DNA of 64,000 nt from the human T2T-CHM13v2.0 reference genome, Homo sapiens, in the NCBI RefSeq assembly GCF_009914755.1, contig NC_060935.1; one strand, given 5' to 3'. The position numbers were made by a program, and so were the translations under genes. Position 1 is the stretch's first letter. Each line of letters begins with the position of its first letter. Below the pieces are notes generated by a model. It saw only the letters and a list, made by a program, of their open reading frames with translations. It was not told where the DNA came from and did not search any database. This document shows, piece by piece, positions 29,931 to 46,834 of this stretch.

Positions 29931-32900
29931 AATCTTTCAGAAGAAGTCTTAGAATCCCTCAAACTCTGTTCTGATCTTCTGCAGATGAATTAAAAATCTT
30001 CAACAAAGAGAAAAATTTATTTTTCTAAGAGGCCAGAGACAAAAGCTTAAATTGGGAGTCTGTGAGAGGTCCTATGGTGTCTTTGTTCTCACCTAGGTAC
30101 TTGTGAGAAAAGAGAAAAACATCTCAAGAACTGGTCTGGGAGCTCTGAGGTTGGGGTGAGATCAGGCATGCAAGAACAAGTAGTTTCCCTACCTTTTCTG
30201 CCTCCTGTTTCTCTGCTATAGTATAAGGATTTTCTGTTAGAAAAATATGACTGCTAATAAGTTATTTTACAGATTTGAGTATCTTAGACACAGAAGAATT
30301 TTTGAAAGGTAGTGTAGTCCACTCACACTTGTTGTGTTGTATCTTTCTAACAAAATTTGGGCCCCTCCCTCCCAGAAATGACAATGGTCAGATCTAAACA
30401 AAGCACTTTGTGATGCCTGCCTAACCTTCTGCCTGCACTCTGAGGAGGGGTTTTGTTTTTCTTTAAATGTCAAGTGAGAGCCTTCACTTGTTTGGGCCTG
30501 CTGTTCTGTATCCCCAGCAATTCTTGTGGCTTTCAGGTGGAAATGACCAGCTGGTTCATCCCTACTGGGGGTTTTTCTTGGGACCTACTTGAAAAATCTT
30601 TAACATTCCTTAAGTTCTGAGAACCTGCTGAAGCCCTGTTCTTCCATGCAAATAGTTGATTCTTGTTTACCCCTGCTGTTTTACTGTTTTTGACTCTGAT
30701 TTTCATTACCTGAATCAGTGTTCTACTGTCATCTTCTTTTTAATTTTTCATTCTTATCTCCATTCTTCATCTTCCTTCTTTTAATCTTCTTTAATTTTCA
30801 GACCCTTCCTTTCTCTATCTCCCAATGAAATTCTTATGCATTCTTCCATTCCATCTTTATTTTATGCCTAGCCTTGCACTACCTCCTCCCCATAGTATAT
30901 GTCTTCTTCTTTTACTCCTAATAACAAAACCTGCATTTTACTTTCTCTTTCCATCTTTGCTTTCTACCACCACATGACACTCTATACACTATTCTCATCT
31001 GTCCTTATAACATTTCTCTGTAGAATTTCATCAGGATTTAATAAAAAATGCCCTAAGTTATCTTACACATAGCTTGCTATACAGAGGACATGGAAAAAAT
31101 CTTTTAAGATATTTATTACCTTCATCAACCTGGTGCTATGGTTCAGAATTAATTTGGCTTCTTTCCTTTCCTGAGACTAGCATGTAGAGCCTTTATAAAG
31201 ACTGCTCAAACCACTGGTGTTGTCTGGTGTCATCATGATTCTCCAAGGATTTCACAACACCTCTGAAAGAACTCCCATGAACGGTGTTATGTAGTGCCAC
31301 TTGAGCTATCCCTTCCTAATTTCCCTAAGGATTCTAAAAATTTCCTTTATCTGTCAGACTGTCTTCTATTATGTCCAACACTTATGCAAAACTTTTCTTC
31401 ATTTTAATTTTATTTGCATAGTCTTAGGTGTGAACTCACATACGTGCACACAAATGCATGTGTATGCACGCACACACACTAATTTGAATCATGTTTAATC
31501 ACTAAGTAAGACTTACAATTCCAGCCCAATTTCAGTTCAGTTCAGTGACTCCAAAGCCAGTCTCAGTCTCAGTGATGACAGTGTTGCAATTTGACATGAA
31601 ACAGAGCTGGAGTCTACTGTTGTTTGGAACGGATAGAATGATTGTCTGGACTCCGCCCATCAGGAACATATAAAAAAAAGATCTTTGAATTAGCTGAACT
31701 TCTTTGGTTTTCTGAATTGTTATTCCAATACCTCATGTATAATTTCTTGCATTTGATTTAATGTATTTCTCTGTAAGGATGTTTTGCATTAATGAGGTAA
31801 TTCTTAAAAATACAGGAACAGCTGGTTACTCGAGCCTGTGCCTTTGTGTGGTCAGGCCTTAAACTGTTCACAGACCCTTTCTATCACATATTTATGCCCT
31901 TTTGATCTCATTTATTTTCCATCACAAGCATATTCACATAATCACAGCAGAAAACAAAAGTCAGATATAAACAATTATTGTGGTGATGCTTTAGTTTAGG
32001 CATGATTGACATCATATGGCCGAAGGTTATTCATGTATTTTTAATTTCTAAACCCATTTCTTTCCCACTGTGTATTACAACCTAAAAGAGACAATGCATG
32101 CTATAAACATTAAAAGCTAGGGCTTTATAATTTGTGCCAATATATTTTTAATAAGAAATTGTGAATACTTCTGTCTGAAATACTGTTGGGGATAGAACTA
32201 AAAACACACAAAATGCTTGATGCAACCCCCCTGAGTGTTAAACTGGTGACTTGAACTCCCCTGAAGATATCAGGCCTTGACTCCTCCATGTCTACAGAAA
32301 CTGATGCCACCACTAGAATCAATTTCAGAAAGACTCCTATATTATCCCAGTAATTTCCTATTATCGGGAGCTTAATCCATCAAAAGTCTTCCTATCCATA
32401 TCTAAAATGGTTAAATATGGTAAAAAGAATAGAGTTCGTGAGTCTTATATACCTTGTTTTAATTCACAGTTTTAATTTTTTCAGCTTTTTGGACTTAGGG
32501 AAAGTTATTTAACCACTCATTCATTCAGCATTCCTTGTTAGCTATTATTAATTGAGTTCTACTGGTGAACTCCAGCTATTCCCCCTCCTTCCCATCAGCA
32601 TTTATACAATCAAATAGGCCTAGTGGAAGTCACATAACCATTTTGACTATTCTCATTTTAAATTTCTTTATTAATAAAATTATAAATTAATTGCCAAAGG
32701 CCTCACATATTCTTTAATTGCTTCCAGATTATCACACTTAATTTTTTCCTCTGCTTGATTATTTCTACTAGCATCAGAGGTCTGGTTTTCTTTTACATTA
32801 GGAAAAAAGGTGTATTGCCAGTGTTTGTCTAATTTCTTTGCTTAATTTTAATGCAAAACACTCTAAAGCATGAAAAATAATTATTAGGAAGAGAAATTTC

Positions 32901-33944
32901 TTCTGAAGTAGAACGAATGAATCCTCTTTGCTCAAAAAGGGGGAAGATATGAACCAAAAAAACTATTTAAAAAATTAACACTGTGAAAACTAACTAAAGC
33001 AGGCAACATGTTGAGAAACATTCATTCTTGAAAACCTTTACAACTTCAGGGAAAAATACCACTCTCCCACCATTGCCAAATTCTTCTTCTTCCTCCTCCT
33101 CCTCCTCCTCCTTCTTCTTATTTTTGTTCTTCTTCGCAGAGGAGTAGCAGGAGTAGGAGTAGTAGTTGTAGTACCAGTAGTTTTATCAGGCTGGGATTTG
33201 TTGACAAACCAGCAGTTGTGCTGCCAGACAATGCAGACTCGACTTCAAGTGGAAAGAAAAAAGCAAAGCTTGGTCAACTAAGACTGGAAAACTCAGTAGG
33301 AAATAAAGAAGCGCCATCCACAGTTTTAGTAGCCTGAGTTTGCAAGCAGGAGTCATCAGGACATTTTACAGGGAGAACCTGGAAATTATTGTTACAGAAG
33401 GGTTCTCCATGCATCTATGGCTTTATGATAAATTATTCAAACATGTGAGAGAAACTCAAGAGAGCTTTCTGGCATGAGAAAACAAACAGAGACTTGACAA
33501 CTGGTTGAATATTAAATGTATGCTACACACACCACTCAAATCAATCAGTGAAAATGTTTCTGACTCAAGGGATTTAACAGCTATTTCTGCCTCAATATTG
33601 GCATACCACCAAGATGTGTATACTCATGGGCGATTCCTAGGAAGCCAGGCTAAAAAAGTGGAATACAAATAAAATGATCTGAAAGTAATCAGTGGTTATA
33701 CTTAGTGTAAGAATGTGAAATATAAGTGATCTGAAATGATCAGTGGCAACACTTAGTGCAAGAGATTTATTTTGAGAAGATAAATTTCAGTTTAAATTCA
33801 TACAAGTTACTAAAAATAAACAAAAGAAAATTTAAAAACACAGCAAGTCTCTTAAAAGCAATTAAGAATCTAAGGTTTCTATTATATCCATGATACCTTG
33901 TTTATAACAAAAACCTATGAGACTTTTAAGGAAACAGGAAAACA

Positions 33945-35752
<1,808 letters not shown>

Positions 35753-37748
35753 GGGTATTCAGTTAGGAAAAGTGGAACTCAAATTGTCCCTGTTTGCAGA
35801 TGACATGATTGTACCTTTAGAAAACCCCATCGTCTCAGCTCAAAATCTCCTTAAGCTGAGAAGCGACTTCAGCAAAGTCTCAGGATACAAAATCAATGTG
35901 CAAAAATCACAAGCATTCCTATACACCAATAACAGACAAACAGAGAGCCAAATCATGAGTGAACTCACATTCACAACTGCTTCAAAGAGAATAAAATACC
36001 TAGGAATCCAACTTACAAGGGATGTGAAAGACCTCTTCAAGAGAACTACAAACCACTGCTCAAGGAAATAAAAGAGGATACAAACAAATGGAAGAACATT
36101 CCATGCTCTTTGATAGGAAGAATCGATATCACGAAAATGGCCACACTGCCCAACGTAATTTACAGATTCAATGCCATCTCCATAAAGCTACCAATGACTT
36201 TCTTCACAGAATTGGAAAAAACTACTTTAAAGTTCATATGGAACCAAAAAAGAGCCCACATTGCCAAGATAATACTAAGCCAAAAGAACAAAGCTGGAGG
36301 CATCACGCTACCTGACTTCAAACTATATTAGAAGGCTACAGTAACCAGAAGAGCATGGTGCTGGTACCAAAACAGAGATACAGACCAATGGAACAGAACA
36401 GAGCCCTCAGAAATAATACCACACATCTACAACCATCTGATCTTTGACAAACCTGACAAAAACAAGAAGTGGGGAAAGGATTCCCTATTTAATAAATGGA
36501 GCTGGGAAAACTGGCTAGCCATATGTAGAAAGCTGAAACTGGATCCTTCCTTACACCTTATACAAAAATTAATTCAAGATGGATTAAAGACTTAAATGTT
36601 AGACCTAAAACCATAAAAATCCTACAAGAAAACCTAGGCAATACCATTCAGGATATAGGCATGGGCAAGGACATCATGTCTAAAACACCAAAAGCAATGG
36701 CAACAAAAGCCAAAATGGACAAATGGGATCTAATTAAACTAAAGAGCTTCTGCACAGCAAAAGAAACTACCATCAGACTGAACAGGCAACCTACAGAATG
36801 GGAGAAAATTTTTACAATCTACCCATCTGACAAAGGGCTAATATCCAGAATCTACAAAGAACTTAAACAAATTTACAAGAAAAAATAAAACAGCCCCATC
36901 AAAAAGTGGGCGAAGGATATGAACAGACACTTCTCAAAAGAAGATGTTTATGCAGCCAACAGACACATGGAAAAATGCTCATCATCACTGGCCATCAGAG
37001 AAATGCAAATCAAAACCACAGTGAGATGCCATCTCACACCAGTTAGAATGGCAATCATGAAAAAGTCAGGAAACAACAGGTGCTGGAGAGGATGTGGAGA
37101 AATAGGAACACTTTTACACTGTTGGTGGGACTGTAAACTGGTTCAACCACTGTGGAAGACAGTGTGGCAATTCCTCATGGATCTAGAACTAGAAATACCA
37201 TTTGACCCAGCAATCCCATTACTGGGTATATACCCAAAGGATTATAAATCATGCTGCTATAAAGACACATGCACACCTATGTTTATTGCAGCACTATTCA
37301 CAATAGCAAAGACTTGGAACCAACCCAAATGTCCATCAATGATAGACTAGATTAAGAAAATGTGGCACATATATATACACCAGGGAATACTATGCAGCCA
37401 TAAAAAATGATGAGTTCATGTCCTTTGTAGTGACATGGTTGAAGCTGGAAACCATCATTGTGAGAAAACTATCACAAGGACAGAAAACCAAACACCACAT
37501 GTTCTCACTGATAGGTGGGAACTGAACAATGAGAACACTTGGACACAGGTTGGGGAACATCACACACTGGGGCCTGTTGTGGGATGGGGGGATTGGGGAG
37601 GGATAGCATTAGGAGATATACCTAATGTAAATGACAAGTTAATGGGTGCAGCACACTGACATGGCACATGTATACATATGTAACAAACCTGCTCGTTGTG
37701 CACTTGTACCCTGGAACTTAAAGTATGATAATAAAAAAAGAAATAAAG
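35753..37748 (+). mobile_element. 5'-truncated L1PA (about PA4-5), about 2 kb, with 3'UTR and A tail
   Basis: FADD motif through the ORF2 end, G-rich 3'UTR, cttaaagtatgataataaaa. Confidence 0.94.
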
Positions 37749-38099
37749 AACACTGAAAATGATAGATATTGAGTAATAGAAAAGACTGCTTATGTAAATA
37801 ATGTATTATCTTTAAAATATGTTTTTAAAACATGTTGTTTAAATAAATAATGACACTCAATTATATGGTCTATACCATGTAGGTAGAATATGTATTAAAA
37901 TAATTTCATAAAGGATAAAAGAAAATGGGGCTACAGTGTGGAAAAGTTGAAATATTTTACTGTGATTTAGACAATATTAATGTGAAGTAGAGAGTGATAA
38001 GGTGAAGATGGATTTTATAATTCTTAGAATAATTACTAAGACAAATAACTGAAAATATAGCTAATAATGTGTTAATAGAAAAATCAAAATGGCACACTG

Positions 38100-38830
38100 A
38101 ATCACTGAATAGTACCGTGGTGATGGCTTAGATATGAAGAAGAGAGGGAGAAAAGACCTGAATTTTAGTTTGGGTAACTGGGTGAATTGTGGTGTGGTTA
38201 GTGATTTACTGAAATGAACCTTAAGCAGATGAAAAGAAAACGTTTTATTTTTGTTTTCATTTTACAGTATTTCCCATGTTAAATTTCAGTTTCCTATTTG
38301 TATTACAGTGGAGTTATCAAGTAGGAAGCTGATCTGGAGATCAAGGCAGTATTGTAGCCTGAAGATATACACTTGTAGTTAATCAGTATGTAGATGATAT
38401 TTAAAGCAGTGGTATTTGATGATATCGGTAAGTGAGAGAGTGGAGTTAAAGTAGAGGAAAAAAGATCAAATAAAAGATACACTGACATTTAGTGCTCTAG
38501 GAAGAAGACATATAATCAAAGAATAATAAAGAGTATAAATTAAAGTAGGAGGAAACATCAAGCAAACATGATTTGAGAGAAACCAACAAAGGAAAATAAT
38601 TCAGCATTGCAGCAATATTCTACTATATTGAATCCTGAAGAACAAACAGGAGAGTAAGAGGACACATTTTTGCTAAGTTTAGCAATAAGCAGATTATTGG
38701 TGACATCTGCACATACTGTTTCAGTGGTGTGAAAAAGAACATTCACTGAAGTGAATTGAGGAGACAATGGGAAGTATCGACAGGGATTGTAGACCGCAAT
38801 GTTGAGAGGCTTTGCTGTGAAACAGAAAAG
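38100..38830 (-). mobile_element. L2 relic
   Basis: Purine-rich reverse L2 signature (gtaactgggtgaatt, aagtttagcaataagcagattattggtgac). Confidence 0.5.
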
Positions 38831-41624
38831 AGAATGGGACAATAACACAATGGCGTGTGAAACAAGGGTAAATTTTTCTTTCAGCTTTTTCTTTTTAGAC
38901 AGAGAATTATTAAAATTAAGCACTAGGGTTTAATCGTATTTCAATATAGTTAGTGATGCACGTTCATATAGGACTGAGAATAATTCTGCGTTTGGATGGG
39001 TTGCTACCATAGATCTGTATTAGGCAAAGCCGGGTCCTCTGGGAATAAGACAAAGTAGACTAGCATGCTCAGAAGCCTGGGTCTGTGTAGCCTTTGGTCC
39101 TGGGGGCATCTCCAGGAAGTCACATGCTCAAGTCTCCATAGAATCACTCCAGGGGAAATTCTGGGCAAGGGTGCTGTTGGTTTTAAATCTCCGTGCTGCT
39201 GTGGTTGACGCATCAGAAAAGACTCTTGTCTCCTAGACCATACTTTGGGTGAGTTGGGGAAAAATCTGAGGCCTGAGAAGTGCTTTCTTTGAGGATCTTG
39301 TCACAGAACGGCAAAGACTGCAGTATGGACAGTTCTTAGAAAAATGTAAAGGTCAGTAATGAGTGGTAGAGGTGGAGGAGATTGCGTGTTGAGCCCAGTT
39401 CACCCTTTTACCTGTAATTTGAATTTAATGGCAGAAATTGCCCCGTGACTAAATGTTGATCTTCTCCTTTAGAACCAAACAGAACTTCAAAGCACAATGA
39501 TCACAGAACCTATATTTAAGCTTTAGTTTTGGGATCTGGTACAAGTTAACTTCTCTGACCCTTGTTTTTCTAGTGCATGCAATAGCAGTAATAATAGTGC
39601 TTTTCCACTAAGGTTTTTGTATCTTTAAATGAGATAGGACATGTAAATGGCTAAGAACAGAGCCTGGAACATGAACAAGCACTCAATAAATATTAGATTG
39701 TTTATTATTAAAGGACTAAAATATTTTTAAAATGTCTGCCCATTATTCCTTTTATTGTCTATCTAAGATAACACACAAGGATATTGCTTGTGGTTTTTAC
39801 ATTGCTCGTGTTTTTTAAAACCAATAAAGAGTCTAGAATGATCACAATGCTCAGCAAGCATTACTTTTTCATTTCCTTCTCCTTTTCATTAAAATAGAAC
39901 TAACACTTCTAACTGTAGATGTGGGAATTAAGGGGCAAGGGGAGTATGTGATTCTACCAAAAACTAGTCAGTAAAACAAGAACTTTATAGATCATTGTCC
40001 CCCTCCCCCACTCACCCCTGAGCCCCTTCTTCTGAGCCCCAGCTCAAGGTCAATAGCAGATAGTTTCTTATCCTAGTGAGACTAGTCTGTGGATCCCACA
40101 AGAAACAAGTCCAAAGGGCCAGCTTTTACTCAGCAGCTCAGATCCTTTAAGAGTATAGTATGCTCATGCCTGTTCCTCAGAGAGCAGCCTTTCTTTCCAT
40201 CTTCTGCCTGGGTGGAAGAGTATGGAAGTGAAGTTCAATACTACATAGAAGGGAAGGACTCTCAATGCCACTCCTTCTCCACCTTGACCCCCACATATAC
40301 TTCTGAAGCTACAGAAGCTCCTGTCCTATTGCTGTGAGGAAAGTTTAGGGTCAACTCTTTCCATGGTCTACCACTATTATTTAGATAGACAGAATTAAGC
40401 TAGCCAGTTGAAGAGACAAGCTGGACATACGGACCCACCTGTAAAGCATGCCTTCATTCAACTCCAGCTATACAGTACACTCATGTGTCTCATCTTGCTT
40501 TCCATGTGTTCTTTGCTAAAGGGTCTTGGAAGGAAAAATAAAAATGCTTCTTTTTGTCCTCTGATTACTCATGACACATCTGGTACTTAGTAGAAACTTC
40601 ACAAATTTGAAGTCATTAATCAATAAATTAATTAAACATGATCAACTTTTCCTTGGTTCATGAGATCTTAAGGAATCAGGGGCCTCGTTTACTATCCTTG
40701 TCCCAAATTCTGGAAGGTCTGTGCTGGTCTCTTGGATTAAGGTGCTTAGATTGCCAGTGTAGTGTTTCTTTTGAGGCTGCTCATCCCTCATAATCAATTT
40801 TCTTATTCTTTACTTTTTCTTACTGATTTTTACTACATGTGAATTCTAGTAGCATATCGTCTCTTCATCTTTGGTTTATCTGAGACTTGCTTTCACTAAA
40901 TCCTTTACAGTAAGCATTAATGATAAAGTGCAAAGTCATTGAGACAGATCCACCAAATCCACTGTCTTGAACCCTGCAACAGCCACTACTGGCAGGCCAT
41001 TGGTATTAAATGTTGCAATAAACTGCCTGAGGGATAGAAAGATTTAGGTAATACAGAATTTGATCAAAATATATAAATAATATATATGAAAGTAGGTGCA
41101 TAACTTTAGAATTACATAAATAGATTTCATGACAAATCTTTTGAGAGATAATTTTTATAGTCAAGCAAACATTACCAAGTTTTTAGATAATACATGGGCA
41201 TTTATTATATCTGAACTTTATTGAGTCTTTATTATTTGCCTGGTGCTTATCTAAGTGCTCTATCAATATTCCAAATGCATACTCTTAACAACCCTATGGT
41301 AGGTACTATTATTTTTATTTTAAAGAAGCGAGGAATTAAGCGCAGTGATTATTAAGTAACTTGTTCAAGGTCATAGAGCTAAGATTCAAACCCCAGAGCC
41401 TTTATTTTTAAAGCGAATTTTCTTTTCAAATTTCCTAAACAGAGTCAAAGACAGAGAGATACAGGTAAAGAGAGACAGAGATATAGGTAAAGAGAGACAC
41501 TTATTATATAAGTGAAAGACCCTCAATCCAATCAGACCCATTATTTTTCAAGAGTCAGCGAGGGTGTTGGTATCCTTTTAAGTCTGCAGTCTGCAGCTCC
41601 AATTGTTGAAGTTTCAAATAAAAT

Positions 41625-41810
41625 TTTCTGCAGCGATGAAACTATTCTACAACAATTTTATCCAGTTCAGTAGCACTAGTCACACGTGGCTATTGAACAT
41701 TTAAAATACGACTAGTACAAGTAAGGTGAAATTGTAATTTAATTTAAGAAATTTAAATTTAAATAAATGCATATGTCTAGGGGCTACCATATTGGACAGT
41801 ACTGCACTAA
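41625..41810. mobile_element. MER3-type DNA element
   Basis: gtagcactagtcacacgtggctattgaacatttaaaat...gctaccatattggacag. Confidence 0.65.
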
Positions 41811-42054
41811 ACTACTGACTGACAAATTTGGAGTGACTTTTTTCCATCTTGTTCATTCCCAAGTATCCAGAGCTCTCTGTCTTTTGTGTGTAGCTCTGGA
41901 TTTTGTCTAGTGGCTTTGCTCCTTTCTATGACCAAGGCTCCTATTTCATTTATTTAAAATAATTTCTTAAAGAAAGAGTTCTTAACCTGGGTCCATAGAT
42001 GGTTTTCAAAAATATCTGAATTCACTTAATTTTTATGCAGAACTTTGCTTGTAT

Positions 42055-42098
42055 ATGTGTGTGTGGTGTGTTGGTGTGTGTGTGTGTGTGTGTGTGTG
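42055..42098. repeat. (TG)n microsatellite
   Basis: Direct reading. Confidence 0.92.
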
Positions 42099-42842
42099 CA
42101 TTCTTAACTGGGAGACCCTTTCTGAGATTCTCAGAAGGGTTATGATAAATACAAAGTTCAGAGCCACTATAGCACTACTTTCTTTTAGTCCTAAACCTTC
42201 TGTCAGCTGTGGCTAGACTGGCCTGAAAAGGTGATTAGCTCAGCTGCACATTTGGATAAATGTTCTTAAGATGACACCAAAAAATTGAAATGGAAGAGAA
42301 TTGATTGTGTGGCACCAAGATTTTAATCTTGATCTTTATCATGCAAATAGTAGACATTAATGTCTGTGATTCCCCATAGATTTAACTACGCCTTACTTGG
42401 AGTTACAGTGAGAAATGTAGTTGCTGCTAACTCAAGATGACATTTATTAGAACAGCCACATAGAAGCGTGGAAGGAAAAGAATGGGTCTTCTCTATGGAG
42501 AAACAGGAAAAAAAGTCAAGATGAGTTTTAACACGCATGGCACTGACTTCAGTAACCTGAACAATGATTGAATCTGTCTTTTGGGAGATTCTCCATGGAT
42601 GGCTTTAATCTGGCTGAGCCATATATTAGTTGTAAAACTCTTTGGAAGTACTGGAGATCATTCTGCTCTCTAATGAAGAGAAAAGTAAATCTCAAAATTC
42701 CTTTCTAGATGCAGCTTAGGACAGAGAAATCTAATTGCATGGAAGAACATACTGAAGAAAAAGGCCTGAATAAATGAAAATGACAATGGGAAGACTGGAT
42801 ATTTCTGAAAAGGGACTAAAGCAACTCTTCTGTGGCTCCTGG

Positions 42843-43345
42843 GTATCTGTTTTCTATTGCTGCCATAAGAAGTTACTACAAACTTAGTGGCTTAAAATAA
42901 TATATATTTATTTTTAACAGTTCTTTAGATCAGAAGTCCAAATTGGGTCTCACTGGGCTAAAACCAAGATTTAAGGCATTCTTTTCTGCAATATTTTCTG
43001 GAGACTTAGGGGAAAATTCTGTTCACTTACCTTTTCCATCTTCTAAAGGCCACTAATATTCCTTGTCTCCTGGTTCCCTTCCTTCATCTTCAATGTCAAT
43101 AATTCATGTCCAGTCCTGCTCAAGCTGCCATCTTTCTGGTTCTCTGCAGTGACAAAGGTTATTCATTTCTAAGTACTCCTGTGATTTGATTTGGCCTACC
43201 TGCACAATGCAGGATAAACTCTACATCTCAAGGTTCTTAACTTTAACTATATATGAAAATTCCCTTTTGACATGCAAAGTAGCATGCTGATAGTTTTCAA
43301 AGATACGGATGAGGACATCTTTAAGGGTATTATTCTTCCTACCAC
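42843..43345. mobile_element. MLT1-type MaLR LTR
   Basis: tttctattgctgccataa...aaacttagtggcttaaaa...cagaagtccaaattgggtctcactgggctaaaa...tattcttcctaccaca. Confidence 0.75.
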
Positions 43346-44066
43346 AGTAGGTCTTTTTAAAGTTCCTTGGGAGCCAAGGTGACTTCTTCCTCCCTCACTT
43401 GCTGCAAGCTCAGATCCCTTTAGTACTCACAGACTCTTAGGAATACAGAAGGTCAGAGCTTTAAATTCCTTAAAGTGTGTCTTTCCTCCTCCATCCTACA
43501 TCATACGAGTGCCAAAGAGGGAAGGGATTGATAAATTGAGTACTAAAGAGGGAAATAATCATATGAAAATCAAAACAATTTAAGATCACAACCAAGATGC
43601 ACACACATACATCCACACGTTTATATCTGCACATCTGTGTTTATGAACAGCCCTTATATTAGGACTGTGGTTATATTCTTCATGGTTATTGGTGTTCGTG
43701 TTTATTATACATGTAAATACACAATGTCAAATTCTTCCCTAGTATTGCAGTCTGCAAGACAGGTAACTTCTTGATATTTCTGAATTGCATATGTCCCTAG
43801 TAGGTGCAGATGTTAACTGGAGGTTTTTTGTTTGTTTCTCTTTCTCCTAGATATTTTAAAATTTTATGGTTAGTAGCAGCATTCTCGCTTCATGAAGCAG
43901 GGGCTACTGGTTTCTGTATCAAACTGAGCATGAATGTGCAAGAATAATATTTAAGTTACTTCCTCTTACAGCTACCATCTCAATACTTATTGTTACTGAT
44001 TCCAGTTGAAGTCTGTTTGACTTAATGAGCTCTTCTCTATTTTCCTACTCAAACCTCTATTCCACC

Positions 44067-45018
44067 ATGTCACCACTCAACCAAACTACTGAGAACCACC
44101 AGAGCTTCTTCACCCTGACTGGGATTCCAGGAATGCCAGAGAAAGACTTATGGATGGCCTTGCCCCTCTGTCTTCTTTATAGCACCACGATCTTGGGAAA
44201 TGTCACCATCCTTGTTGTCATCAAAGTTGAGCAAAGTCTCCATGAGCCCATGTATTATTTTCTAGCCATGTTAGCTGCCACTGACCTCAGCCTTTCACTG
44301 TCTTCCATGCCTACCATGGTCAGTGTTCACTGGTTCAACTGGCGTTCAATAACTTTTAATGGCTGCCTTATCCAGATGTTCTTCATCCACACATTTGGGG
44401 GAGTGGAATCAGGTGTTCTGGTGGCCATGGCCTTTGATCGCTTTGTGGCCATCCGCTTTCCTTTGCACTATGCTACAATTCTCACTCACAGTGTCATCAG
44501 CAAGATTGCAGCAGCCATCCTGCTACGGAGTGTGGGGGCTGTGCTCCCTGTGCCTTTTCTCATCAAAAGGTTACCTTTCTGTCACTCCAATGTCCTCTCC
44601 CATGCATACTGCCTCCATCAGGATGCCATGAGGCTTGCCTGTGCTGACACTGGTGTCAATAGCATCTATGGCCTGTTGGCTGTGATCTTCATCATTGTAC
44701 TAGATGCCTTAATACTTTTGGCCTCTTACATTCTAATCCTGCAGGCAGTATTGAGCATTGCTTCCCAGGAAGACAGGCTCAAGGCTCTCAACACCTGTCT
44801 CTCTCATATCTGCAGTGCTGCTTTTCTATGTGCCTCTCATTGGTATGACCCTAATTCATCGCTATGGGAAGCATTTGTCACCACTAATACACACATTCAT
44901 GGCCAATATCTACCTGCTTCTCCCTCCTGTGCTCAATCCCATTGTGTACAGTGTTAGGACCAAGCAGATCTGATAGCAGATTGTCCAGGCCTTTTGTGGG
45001 GCTAGGGTTAGCCCTTAA
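44067..45018 (+). pseudogene. OR51H2P: OR51H2P olfactory receptor pseudogene
   Basis: Close paralogue of the 27162-28070 gene. 2-bp deletion at about 44811 (HIC/AV, TM6); TGA TAG after KQI at 44971-44976; ancestral frame ends TAA at about 45018. Acceptor cctcttacag at 43971; Kozak ATG at 44067. Confidence 0.88.
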
Positions 45019-45069
45019 TGGCATCTACTATTTCCAAGTAAATGCAATCAAGTTAGAGAAGAGTATCAA

Positions 45070-45285
45070 ATACAGCACTATCCAATAGAAATTCCCACAG
45101 AAGTGGATATTTTCTATTTCTCTGCTGTTTAGTAACTAGTAGCTGTACATGGCTATTAATTGCTTGAAATTTTGCTAGTGCAAGCTGAGGAACTGAATTT
45201 TAAATGTACTTAATTTTAATTGATTTAAATGTAAATTTAAGTAGTCATATGTAACTAGTAGCTGCCGTATCAAATAGTACAAATA
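45070..45285. mobile_element. MER3-type DNA element
   Basis: cagcactatccaatagaa...ggctattaattgcttgaaat...ctagtagctgccgtat. Confidence 0.65.
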
Positions 45286-45394
45286 CAATGGGTAGTGATA
45301 TGAAATTGCATAATGGTTTTCATGAGAGCAATAATTTATTTTAGCTTGATAAAACATAAACATTTATACTTTAAAATTGTATATAAATTTTCAA

Positions 45395-45775
45395 ACATTT
45401 ATGTATAATAAAATTTACTCACTTTGGTATATCGTTTTACAAGTTTTGACAAATGCGTTGTGTTCCCACCACTGAAACAAAGATACAGAACAATTTTATC
45501 ACTTCCCCAAATTTCTTTATGCTTCCCATCTGTGGTCAACTACTCTATTATCACCCAACAGAAGGCAAACATTGACTGGCAAGCATTGATTGGCAATCCT
45601 TCCCTATAATGATTGTTTTTCCAGAGTGGCATGCAAATGAAACCTTGCATTATGCAGTCTTTTGTGTCTAGCTTCTTAGTAAAATGCTTTTGAGATTCAC
45701 CTATGTTATTGCATGTATTGGTAGTTTATTCCTTTTTATTGTTGAGTAGTTTTCTGTTGTATGTCATTTTTTAAT
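45395..45775 (-). mobile_element. Old L1M 3' fragment
   Basis: aagttttgacaaatg...tttttgagattcacctatgtt...attgttgagtagt. Confidence 0.6.
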
Positions 45776-46465
45776 AACTTTTTTGAGAAATCTATCCGGA
45801 CTGCTTAGTCCATTAGAATCACTCTGGTATTCAGTGATGAACATAGAACATTTATTTTCTTTTGCCTTTATTTGTGTATTTATTTATATATTTTATAACA
45901 TAAGGTATACATATTTAAGGGGTTGGAATCAGAAAAAATATTAAAAATAAATAGCATGTGCAGAGTTTGAGAAAATGGTGCATTCAGTGAGTTGGAAAAA
46001 TAAGAAATTTCATATAAGCTTTAGATCTCAACCTCAGCCTCACTTCTGTTCAGAGGGCTTTTCTGACTTGTGCTTAATATATACTCCATATGAACAGGGA
46101 CCCTTTTATCCCACTTCATCATACCTCAAGTGTGTAATGTAGTTTAGACCATATGGTGACACTTAATATATATTTTTGAATTAGTGAAAACTATACTTTA
46201 TTAAGATTGATTTAATACTTCCTATTCTTTCTGTTCTTATTTAATATTCATAAATCTTATCTGAAATTTTCAGTCACTCATCTTCACTGATAGGAACCAG
46301 GGAAAGAGGGTGGTGTTTACTTATGCATCTGAGCATTACCTGATGTGTAACTTTATAAAGTTACTTGATCTTCCTTGATACTCACTGGGATAAGCACCTT
46401 TGCTCAGTGTGACTCATACGTATATAGTGAGAATATATTTGGAAAATGTTTCAAGAAACAAAAAG

Positions 46466-46834
<369 letters not shown>

